64,000 nucleotides of DNA from NCBI GenBank assembly GCA_030654225.1, contig JAURXY010000015.1:397-64396 (forward strand), given 5' to 3'. This stretch comes from a bacterium. GTDB lineage: Bacteria > Patescibacteriota > Minisyncoccia > Moranbacterales > UBA2206. The number at the start of each line of letters is the position of its first letter. The first letter of the stretch is position 1. Of the stretch, positions 47,784 to 55,692 are shown in pieces. Under the pieces are notes generated by a model, which saw nothing but the letters and a program-made list of their open reading frames with translations, made no database searches and was not told the origin of the DNA. Position numbers and translations under genes: made by a program.

Positions 47784-48485
47784 TTATTGTAATTCTAATT
47801 TTTCTACATTTTTTAACTCTGACGCGTTGAAAATTTCTGGGTTGTATGAATTGAAAAGCAGTTCAATGAGTTCTTCGGTTTTGAGTGGAGCGATGCGCAA
47901 ACCAATTCCAGAAAGAGCGGCGATGATGTGATCAACTCTTTGAAGAAGTTGATTTTTGTAGGTTTCAAAATTTTCATTTTTTTCGATGATATTTTTTTGC
48001 GGATTCATTAGACTGCCAATGTTTGAGAAAAATCCCTTTTCTTTATTTTCAATGGGAGAAAATGGAATGATAATATAAAAATTCTTTTCCATAATATTGG
48101 AACCACTCACGAGTTGTTCGATGAAACTTCTATATTCAGATAATTGCAAACGAAGAAGTTCACTCGGTTGGGTTTTTTCTTTGCTCACAATGAAATCGAA
48201 ATATTTTCGCATATCTAGTTTTCGCGAGCTCACAAGTATTTGTACTGGAAAATCTACAGAGTTCAAGAAGTTTTGATATTGATTGATGATTGCTTCTTGT
48301 TCTTGGGTTGATTTCAAATCAAAGTTAATTGCCGACACAGCCAAAACAGAGCGCATAGCGCCTGATTTCAAAATAACTGTGTCATCTTTGACTTCTGCCA
48401 CATCCAGATATTTTTGAGTTGGCGAAGAGGACGGTTCGGTAGAGAGTTTTTTTGAGTGTAAAAATTCCATAGTATCAATAATCAA
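47784..48485 (-). CDS. VirB4 N-terminal-domain-like protein. It ends 4 nt before the ATPase ORF starts, so VirB4 is either split or frameshifted.
   Basis: Adjacency and combined length (233+607 aa is about the size of full VirB4). Confidence 0.45.
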   Translation of the reverse strand: MIIDTMEFLHSKKLSTEPSSSPTQKYLDVAEVKDDTVILKSGAMRSVLAVSAINFDLKSTQEQEAIINQYQNFLNSVDFPVQILVSSRKLDMRKYFDFIVSKEKTQPSELLRLQLSEYRSFIEQLVSGSNIMEKNFYIIIPFSPIENKEKGFFSNIGSLMNPQKNIIEKNENFETYKNQLLQRVDHIIAALSGIGLRIAPLKTEELIELLFNSYNPEIFNASELKNVEKLELQ

Positions 48486-48540
48486 TAATCAAAGAACAAC
48501 AATCAATGATCAATAAATACAAAATAAAAAAATTCTGTCT

Positions 48541-48993
48541 TTATTGTTCATTGTTCATTGATCCTTGTTCTCTGTTTAATCTTTTTGTTAATTCTTCTAT
48601 TTTTTTATTATCTAAAACTTTTCTTTTGACAATAGTTTCTTCTTTAGGTTTTTGGATTTTCTTGTTTGCTTTCATATTATCATAATATCGTTTCCAAACA
48701 TAGACCTTAGGTTTCATAAAAAAGTTTACTCCGGACATTAGAAAGTTGAGAAGTGGTTGATTGTATGGTTTGTAGAAAGCTAGGGCGCCAAAAATTCCCA
48801 AAGTGATAATGGCTACGGGAAGAAAAGTAGAAAAAACCAAAGTACTCCAAAAAATCAAAAGCAAAACCCCGGCAATTCCAAGCCAGCCAAGTTGTTTGGC
48901 AGTGAGCGGACCGACGATCTTATCTTCGATGTCGATGAATTGTGGGACGTTAAACAACATAATCAATGAGCAATGAACAATGATCAATATCAC
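48541..48993 (-). CDS. VirB3-like small membrane protein.
   Basis: About 150 aa with two TM helices, located immediately upstream of VirB4. Confidence 0.45.
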   Translation of the reverse strand: MILIIVHCSLIMLFNVPQFIDIEDKIVGPLTAKQLGWLGIAGVLLLIFWSTLVFSTFLPVAIITLGIFGALAFYKPYNQPLLNFLMSGVNFFMKPKVYVWKRYYDNMKANKKIQKPKEETIVKRKVLDNKKIEELTKRLNREQGSMNNEQ

Positions 48994-49382
48994 GATTCAT
49001 TACTGGGTTTATTATTAATAGTGTTTATACTGGACCAAAGCATTTTGCTTACTTCTTCAGCATTATTATAAAAATCCATATAATCTTCTTTATTTATGTA
49101 ATTTCTCTTATACGCGAAATATATTTGGTATTTTGCTTCAGCACATGATCCGTAGGCAATTTCTAATTGATTTAGAAATACTTTGCTTCTGTTTCTAGAA
49201 TATCCCTCAATAATATTTGATGGGACTGAAATTAGGGCTCTTCTGACTTGAGAAGTTAGGCAATATAATTCTTCTTTTGGAAATTTATATGTCAGATCAT
49301 AACCCTTGTGCGCCAACGCATCAGCTTTTCTTTTTAGAATATCTTTATCTCTTATTGTATTTTTTGTGTCTATATTGTTCAT
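48990..49382 (-). CDS. Four-helix-bundle protein (the family often found in 23S rRNA intervening sequences).
   Basis: LTSQVRRALISVPSNIIEGYSR matches the family signature (LTSQ.RRA..SI..NIAEG). Confidence 0.7.
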   Translation of the reverse strand: MNNIDTKNTIRDKDILKRKADALAHKGYDLTYKFPKEELYCLTSQVRRALISVPSNIIEGYSRNRSKVFLNQLEIAYGSCAEAKYQIYFAYKRNYINKEDYMDFYNNAEEVSKMLWSSINTINNKPSNES

Positions 49383-49392
49383 TGCTCGTTGA

Positions 49393-50754
49393 TTATTGAT
49401 CCTTGAGGTTGACTATATTCCCCGGTGGAACGTTGCTGTTTCGCAGATTTTGTGAGGAAATGCGCATTGGTTGCGGACTCGGAACTGGTTTTTGGGGTTG
49501 TTGAATTGGCTGAGGTTGAATCGTTTGTTTTTCATATGGCAATTTTTGCGGAGAGCTGAAATTTATATTGCCTGCATTTCTATTTTCTGTGGCTAATCTT
49601 TCTTCTTTGAAAATATCATTCGGTTTTGTTTCTTGTTTTTGAAAATTATAAACTTCTTGGATATTTCTTTGCGGTGCTTGGAATTGCGGATTATTTATTA
49701 TTGTTCCTTGTTCATTGATTCTTGTTTCATGTTTCGGAAAAACAATTTGCTTAGTATTGACATTAACATCCACGAGTGAATTTTCATCATAAGCTTTCAA
49801 AAGAAAAGAAATTTTTTCGCGGTCAGTTGAATTTAGGACTTTGGCATTTTCATTGCGAAAAAGATATGTTCCGCGATCCATAGCGCTGTGTGATTCAAAT
49901 CCCAAACTAAATGTATAATCTGAAAGCCAATTGTTGATTGATGGTCGCACAGGTTCTGGAAAATTTTTGAGTTTGATGCGCATTGAGGTGATAAGTTGTT
50001 CGCCGAGTTCGGGAAATTTTTTGAGAGCGTCGGAAAGGGAAAGTTGTTCTATTCTTGATTGCTCTTGTTGATTATATGGATTGTATTCTTGCGGAATATA
50101 ATTATGTAGAGTTTGAGGTTGTGGAGATAAATTATTTTGTGATAACTCTGCTTCGGAAGGTGAAAAACTTAGAATTTCATCAAGAACTGGCCCAGTAGCT
50201 GGTAATGTAGTGATAAGTAAATAATCATAAGTATGAATCAATTCTTTTAGTTGGCTTTTTTCAATAGGATTTAGTGTCGTGGCATTTCGATTTGTGTTTA
50301 CAAAATCAACGCAAGCAGATAAATTTCTAGTTTTGACATTATAATTCTTTTCAAATTCAGTTAACCATTGTGAGACTGTAAGAAGCCCAAGTTTTTGTTG
50401 ATTTTCCATAAGTGCTCGCTTGAGTTTTTCTCGAAGTTCGTCACGAGGAATTTCTGGCACAGAAAAAAGTTTCACAGTTAATCTATTTTCCATATCAATT
50501 TCAATTCTATATGATTCCAAATAATAATTGCGAAATACATTAACCACTTCTTCATCAGACAATTGAGGAATAGCGACAATCTTTAGATGGATTAATAATC
50601 TTTGTAATTGTTGAAATAAAGGAGGATTATTTTTTTGAATATCTGGAGACATTAAAAAACTTTCTAATTCTTTGATTAGTTTTTTTGCTACTACATCATC
50701 ATAATGACGAATAGCATCTTGAGATTTTTCTAAAAATTGATTTGAAAAATTCAT
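49393..50754 (-). CDS. Gln/Pro-rich hypothetical protein (T4SS-like island).
   Basis: 453-aa ORF with a low-complexity P/Q-rich C-terminus. Confidence 0.5.
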   Translation of the reverse strand: MNFSNQFLEKSQDAIRHYDDVVAKKLIKELESFLMSPDIQKNNPPLFQQLQRLLIHLKIVAIPQLSDEEVVNVFRNYYLESYRIEIDMENRLTVKLFSVPEIPRDELREKLKRALMENQQKLGLLTVSQWLTEFEKNYNVKTRNLSACVDFVNTNRNATTLNPIEKSQLKELIHTYDYLLITTLPATGPVLDEILSFSPSEAELSQNNLSPQPQTLHNYIPQEYNPYNQQEQSRIEQLSLSDALKKFPELGEQLITSMRIKLKNFPEPVRPSINNWLSDYTFSLGFESHSAMDRGTYLFRNENAKVLNSTDREKISFLLKAYDENSLVDVNVNTKQIVFPKHETRINEQGTIINNPQFQAPQRNIQEVYNFQKQETKPNDIFKEERLATENRNAGNINFSSPQKLPYEKQTIQPQPIQQPQKPVPSPQPMRISSQNLRNSNVPPGNIVNLKDQ

Positions 50755-50772
50755 TTTATATTTGTATATAAA

Positions 50773-53055
50773 TTAGCCCTTTTTAATTCTATCCGCTTGT
50801 GCACGTACTGGATCCATTCCTTTTCTTTCTCTTACTCTATCGGCGAATTCTCTGATTATTTTAGCTTGTTCTGGATTCGCTTTTACTGCTGGTATTTCTG
50901 GAGTTGTTGCTGTTGCTGCTACTATGGGTGTGCCAGCTTCAATTTTGTTTGCATATATATCTATAGCTTCAACTTGAGTTATTAATCCGTCAAAAAAGTC
51001 ATCTCGTACTCGATTTAATTGATCAAGAACGGCCGTATTTAGTTGCTCTAATTGAATTTCTCCAAACCTATGAAGTTTGCCAGCATTACCATCAGTATCC
51101 TGTTGAAGAAATGAATTCCAATGCCATAAGTCAGTTTTTGTTTGCGCTTTAATGTTCTTTGCTTTTCCACGAGATAATTCTATTTGTTTATCATCAGATG
51201 TTTCGGCATAATTTCCTTTTGCATCGATTGCACTCATGCCATATAATTGATAATTTCCTTTTCCATAAGCGATTTCTCCCATATCTGCAATGTGTTTGCC
51301 AGCTTCTGATTCTTGCATTCCAACTTTCTTAAGTCTTTTAAATAATTCTCTTTTTAATTCAAATGGATCCATAACAAATCCTTCTTCCTTGGAAAAAGAA
51401 TTAAATTCATTGGTTTTGGCGATAATTCTAAGCATAGCTGCCATCTTTTCTTTGTCTTTGGCTTTTTCAGCCATTTTATATTCTCCATAGATATAAGCGA
51501 AATCAGTACTCACTGCTTCGGCATCTTTTTCATGCTGAGCAACCAATGATTGAATAGCTGCTTCGCCGTGTCTGGATTGGCGGTTCATCCATTTTTTTGG
51601 ATTTACTGTCCAAAATCTATTGAGAGTATCTCTCCAATTGCCAGTTGCCGGCCCAAAAGCTTTTTTGTCCAATTCTTCTTCTCTTTGTTTCCAAGCAGTC
51701 TTTAGTGCTGTTGGACTAAGATATTGCAATGGGCGAAAGATTTTATTTTTTGATCTTCCAGTGCTAGCCAATCCTCTATCTGCTTTATGACCAAGCCATT
51801 TTGCAGTTCCCTTCATAAACCCTTGCGCTTTGCCGACGACGGCGCTTCCGGCTGAGCCACTCATTTCTTTAGCAATGCCTAAACCTATCCAGAGGATTAT
51901 AATAGGAAGGAAAAAAAAGGCAAGCGTGGCAATGTACTCTGGATCGGAGGTACTCTTATTAGCTAAGGTTTCCATATCTAAAATTCCATTTTTTTGAATT
52001 TCATTCATAAGGGAAGATGCAATATACATCATAAAAAGCATAATCGGACCAAAAAAAGAATAATCAAAAAGTTTTTTCCACCAATCGCTAGAATGTTTAG
52101 CCAGTGGCGGAACGGCAGCACCTACAAAGGCTAATGAAGAAAAAATAATTAAAACTGCCAAGGCGAGAGTGCGGATGACAAAAAGAACGGAAATAGTCAA
52201 CATAGTCACCATAAAGATGAAGACAAAAACGACCGCTGCCAAAAGACTAGCCGTATCTTTTCCTACTGCTGGATGCATTATGCCTGGCAAATTAGAAATA
52301 CTGGCAAAGCTAACAAAAGTATCTACTTTATTAGAGCCTATTTCTAGGACAGTGACAAAGTAATACATCAGCATATTAGAAGTATCAATGATGAAACGAG
52401 AAATTGGAAAACTGAAATTAACTAGAAGTGCCATAAGGACAATCTTTAAAAGTGTATTTTTGTAGTTATATTTGTCAATTTGAAAAACAGTAGCAAAAGC
52501 AGAAAAAAGCAGGAACATAATGAAAGAAACATTAAGTGCATCGCGCACCAATGCCCAACCACCATAAATAGCCTCACTACTAAGAATAGAACTGATACTA
52601 TTGGGTTCCATTATCCATTTAAAAAGAGCGCCAGCTAAAATTGTTAGCCGTACAAAAAATTCTAAAAGAGTAAGGAGGGTGCAGTCTATAGGGTCAAATA
52701 CAAAAGAACAGGAGGTGGAATTTCCAGGGTCTTTAACTACTGTTTGAGTTTTTTGATCAGTAGTGTTAGTTTTTTGATTAACTGGATTCCATATCATATC
52801 TCCACCGCCATGATTTGATTGTGATATTGTGGCTGCAGCTATACAAGCACTTTTTGTCATAGTTCCTAAATTATCATCAACTGTTAACGGTAATCCTGAG
52901 GCTGCATCAAATTCTGTGTATCGATTATAACATAAGCCAAGAGTAGTATCATCTTCCTCCGCCTCCGCCTTCTCCCCTTTCCCAAACCCAAAACCAAGCA
53001 CTAGGCAAAAAATAATTACTAATATAAATTTGGTTGTTGTTGATTTTTGTTTCAT
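50773..53055 (-). CDS. VirB6/TrbL-like polytopic membrane protein with a large C-terminal cytoplasmic domain.
   Basis: Signal peptide, extracellular Cys-containing segment, at least 6 TM helices, then a roughly 300-aa soluble tail. Confidence 0.5.
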   Translation of the reverse strand: MKQKSTTTKFILVIIFCLVLGFGFGKGEKAEAEEDDTTLGLCYNRYTEFDAASGLPLTVDDNLGTMTKSACIAAATISQSNHGGGDMIWNPVNQKTNTTDQKTQTVVKDPGNSTSCSFVFDPIDCTLLTLLEFFVRLTILAGALFKWIMEPNSISSILSSEAIYGGWALVRDALNVSFIMFLLFSAFATVFQIDKYNYKNTLLKIVLMALLVNFSFPISRFIIDTSNMLMYYFVTVLEIGSNKVDTFVSFASISNLPGIMHPAVGKDTASLLAAVVFVFIFMVTMLTISVLFVIRTLALAVLIIFSSLAFVGAAVPPLAKHSSDWWKKLFDYSFFGPIMLFMMYIASSLMNEIQKNGILDMETLANKSTSDPEYIATLAFFFLPIIILWIGLGIAKEMSGSAGSAVVGKAQGFMKGTAKWLGHKADRGLASTGRSKNKIFRPLQYLSPTALKTAWKQREEELDKKAFGPATGNWRDTLNRFWTVNPKKWMNRQSRHGEAAIQSLVAQHEKDAEAVSTDFAYIYGEYKMAEKAKDKEKMAAMLRIIAKTNEFNSFSKEEGFVMDPFELKRELFKRLKKVGMQESEAGKHIADMGEIAYGKGNYQLYGMSAIDAKGNYAETSDDKQIELSRGKAKNIKAQTKTDLWHWNSFLQQDTDGNAGKLHRFGEIQLEQLNTAVLDQLNRVRDDFFDGLITQVEAIDIYANKIEAGTPIVAATATTPEIPAVKANPEQAKIIREFADRVRERKGMDPVRAQADRIKKG

Positions 53056-53157
53056 AGTAGCGATGCGAATAATGCGAATAACATGCGAATGATGCGAAAT
53101 TGATTAGCGATGCGAATGATGCGAACTGCATGCGAATACCGCGAATGGTTAGGATGA
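53050..53157. repeat. Array of about 8 ATGCGAAT-type repeats at 9-11-bp spacing.
   Basis: gcgATGCGAATaATGCGAATaacATGCGAATgATGCGAAattgattagcgATGCGAATgATGCGAActgcATGCGAATaccGCGAAT read directly. Confidence 0.7.
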
Positions 53158-53541
53158 TTAGACTTTACTGTTGATGACTCGTTTGGGTTTTAAATAGGAT
53201 TCTCTGAAATTAATAAGCAAACCTAATTTTAATTTTGATGAAACTAAATATCTTTGCATTTGTCCATAGTCTTCTTTGGTGATAAACTTTTTTGCCTTAA
53301 AATCAATTAATAATTTTTCTTCGATTATAAAATCTACTATATTACCATTGATATCATTATTTTCTAATTTATTTAGTGCAAATTCCCTTTTGTATTTTAT
53401 CTTTTTTTCTATCAACCATTTTTCAAATTCATCAGAGTATTGTTTTTCTTTGCAAAATCGTCCTAGTCTATCTTGAATCTTAAAACAAATCCCAACAATC
53501 TCATAACACAAATCTTTATAAATTATTTTCTCTGATTCCAT
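53158..53541 (-). CDS. GxxExxY-family protein.
   Basis: LGRF..E..Y near the N-terminus and KLGLLINF near the C-terminus fit the family. Confidence 0.65.
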   Translation of the reverse strand: MESEKIIYKDLCYEIVGICFKIQDRLGRFCKEKQYSDEFEKWLIEKKIKYKREFALNKLENNDINGNIVDFIIEEKLLIDFKAKKFITKEDYGQMQRYLVSSKLKLGLLINFRESYLKPKRVINSKV

Positions 53542-53598
53542 TTTTTTATTTTTTGTATTTTGTTCGTTGCATTCGCATGTGTTCGCATATTCGCATCG

Positions 53599-54522
53599 CT
53601 ATTGTTTGACAGCATTCACTCCAAACCTCGCGGCTGGTCCGTAGGTGGTCATAGCTTGATTGGTAGCATTGGTATATTTGGTCACGCCGGCGGTGGCCTT
53701 GGCGGTTTTGGAACGAACACTCACGAATCCTTGTGTGATAGATTGGTTGATCATTTGAGTGACCAAGGCAGTGGTTACTTCTGGGATGCTGGAGGCGGCC
53801 TGAAGAATTTTGTTGGGCATATCTTGGGCGTTAGCCATTAATTCTTTGGTCAAAATACCAGGACTTGTAGCTGTACCGGGGAAACCTTGATTGGCTATGG
53901 CTTTATTTTGAGCAGCAAATTTCTTATTTTCAAACACTCGTTGTTGTTCAGCTTGAACAGCAATCTTAAAGCTCCAAGGATTGTTGACGCCAGAAAGATA
54001 GAGCTCCATATTTTTGAAATTGCCGGTTTGAAGCATTTGCGAAGGATCACCTTCATAGGATAGTTCTGGATTCTTGGCTTTACCCAAAATTCCTGCTGCT
54101 TGTCCAAGTTGGGCACCATAGTTGGCAGGACCGGAAAATCCTTCAGTGGAATAGAGTGAAGAAGAATTTCTTCCGCGAGTCATTTGGCTGATGTAGTCAT
54201 TCATATAGAGATTGGTTTCATTCATCGGTTCATCAACAAGATATGTTTCCCAATTAATGATGAAAGTCGGCTCGCCATCGGCGCCACTTCCCGCCAGTAT
54301 ATCCACTTGCGAGTTCAACATTTTGACAGCCTGTTGCTTCAAGGTGCCAACGATAAGACCATTGACCATTTCTAGAATTTTTTGCAAACCAGATGTGATT
54401 CCGGGGTCAACTGCTGGCCAAAAAGCTGCTTGAGATTTTGGTATATTATAAAAACAAAAAACAAACAGCAAAAAACCGGATAGAACTGTTCTTTTTATAA
54501 TTTTATTTTTAGTTGAATTCAT
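53599..54522 (-). CDS. Secreted hypothetical protein (T4SS-like island).
   Basis: Signal peptide; Ala/Gln/Asn-rich. Confidence 0.5.
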   Translation of the reverse strand: MNSTKNKIIKRTVLSGFLLFVFCFYNIPKSQAAFWPAVDPGITSGLQKILEMVNGLIVGTLKQQAVKMLNSQVDILAGSGADGEPTFIINWETYLVDEPMNETNLYMNDYISQMTRGRNSSSLYSTEGFSGPANYGAQLGQAAGILGKAKNPELSYEGDPSQMLQTGNFKNMELYLSGVNNPWSFKIAVQAEQQRVFENKKFAAQNKAIANQGFPGTATSPGILTKELMANAQDMPNKILQAASSIPEVTTALVTQMINQSITQGFVSVRSKTAKATAGVTKYTNATNQAMTTYGPAARFGVNAVKQ

Positions 54523-54526
54523 AATT

Positions 54527-55582
54527 TTAGTTTCCGAAAATATCTGCGCTTATCCCTTTGTCTTCCAATTTGCTTTGCACTTCACCATAATCGACGCCGT
54601 AACTTTCCAGTTTGCTTTTTATGTTATCATAAAAACTATTCAAACTTCCCACAAAGGTTGAGATTTTGGAATAGTTGGACAAATTGGCTAATGGATCAGT
54701 TGGATCAAGTTTGATTAGATTTTTCAATTCCTGAGCATACAGTGCATATTGCAAAGCCTCTATTTGCGTATCGACCATATCCTCTGGTACGGGCACTTCT
54801 TTTAATTGTTCATAAATTTTCTTTCCGCTTTGACTCAAATCATTGAGAATATCTGGATTGCCGGAAGCAAAAGATAGTATAATTTTTTGAACAGTTTTAT
54901 CAATGATTGAAATGACATCCGTGGAAGATGTGAGGGGATCCGGTGAGTTGCTGGCAAAAATATAAAGAATGGCCACGGAGTAATTGACAGCATCTTCTCT
55001 CATTTTTTCTTGGGCTTTTTCTTTGCTCAAATTTCCATAATTTTGTTTCAAAATTTTTATCTCATCTTTGGAAATTTCTGGTAATTCACTTTTGAAATTT
55101 TCTCCATTCATAATAGAATCAAGCAGTGTTTGAATTTCTTCGGTGTCAATTTCTTGATTTTCGGCGTCACTTTGATTTGTTAGGGCGGATATTTTCTGCG
55201 CTGTTTCTTGGGTTAGGTTAGGTTTTTCTTTTAGGGTGTTTAGCGAAGCCGTGGTACTTTCTCCTTTGACGCTAGCTGTTGGTGAAACAGTTAGTTTGTC
55301 CCCAGGGGCTTTTTTTAGTGGGTCGTACCCTGCTTTGATTTCGGCGCCGTCAGAATATCCATCACCATCTGTATCTGTTTTTTTCGGATCAGTGCCATAA
55401 GTTTTTTCTTCCGCGTCGGTGAGGCCGTCTTGATCACTATCAAGAAAAATATTTTTTGTGCCATTGGAATTTTCTTGGGCAGTCACAAAAAAAGCCAAGC
55501 TCAAACACAATAAGCTCACCAAAACAATTAGGGTTGCGTTGATATTTTTTAGTTTCATAATTGCAAATAAATTATACCACAA
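54527..55582 (-). CDS. Secreted protein with thrombospondin-type-3-like calcium-binding Asp repeats.
   Basis: DSDQDGLTDAEE...DTDGDGYSDGAE repeats after a signal peptide. Confidence 0.55.
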   Translation of the reverse strand: MWYNLFAIMKLKNINATLIVLVSLLCLSLAFFVTAQENSNGTKNIFLDSDQDGLTDAEEKTYGTDPKKTDTDGDGYSDGAEIKAGYDPLKKAPGDKLTVSPTASVKGESTTASLNTLKEKPNLTQETAQKISALTNQSDAENQEIDTEEIQTLLDSIMNGENFKSELPEISKDEIKILKQNYGNLSKEKAQEKMREDAVNYSVAILYIFASNSPDPLTSSTDVISIIDKTVQKIILSFASGNPDILNDLSQSGKKIYEQLKEVPVPEDMVDTQIEALQYALYAQELKNLIKLDPTDPLANLSNYSKISTFVGSLNSFYDNIKSKLESYGVDYGEVQSKLEDKGISADIFGN

Positions 55583-55692
55583 AAAAGAAAAATTTAAAAC
55601 AAATTTTAGGGTGTGGATAAGTTTTTGTAAATATTATTGTTAATAGACTTTTTCAAAATTCTTTGCTAAATTAGGTATGTGAATACTGCCTT

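Noticed and set aside
45914-49735. CAATGAACAA repeat clusters as a CRISPR array
   Set aside because: The units are 7-8 bp, irregular, with no constant repeat-spacer periodicity. Some copies lie inside coding sequence and encode peptides.
53050-53157. ATGCGAAT array as CRISPR or as a protein-coding low-complexity region
   Set aside because: The period is about 10 bp with no spacers, and no ORF spans it. It is treated as a regulatory or structural repeat.
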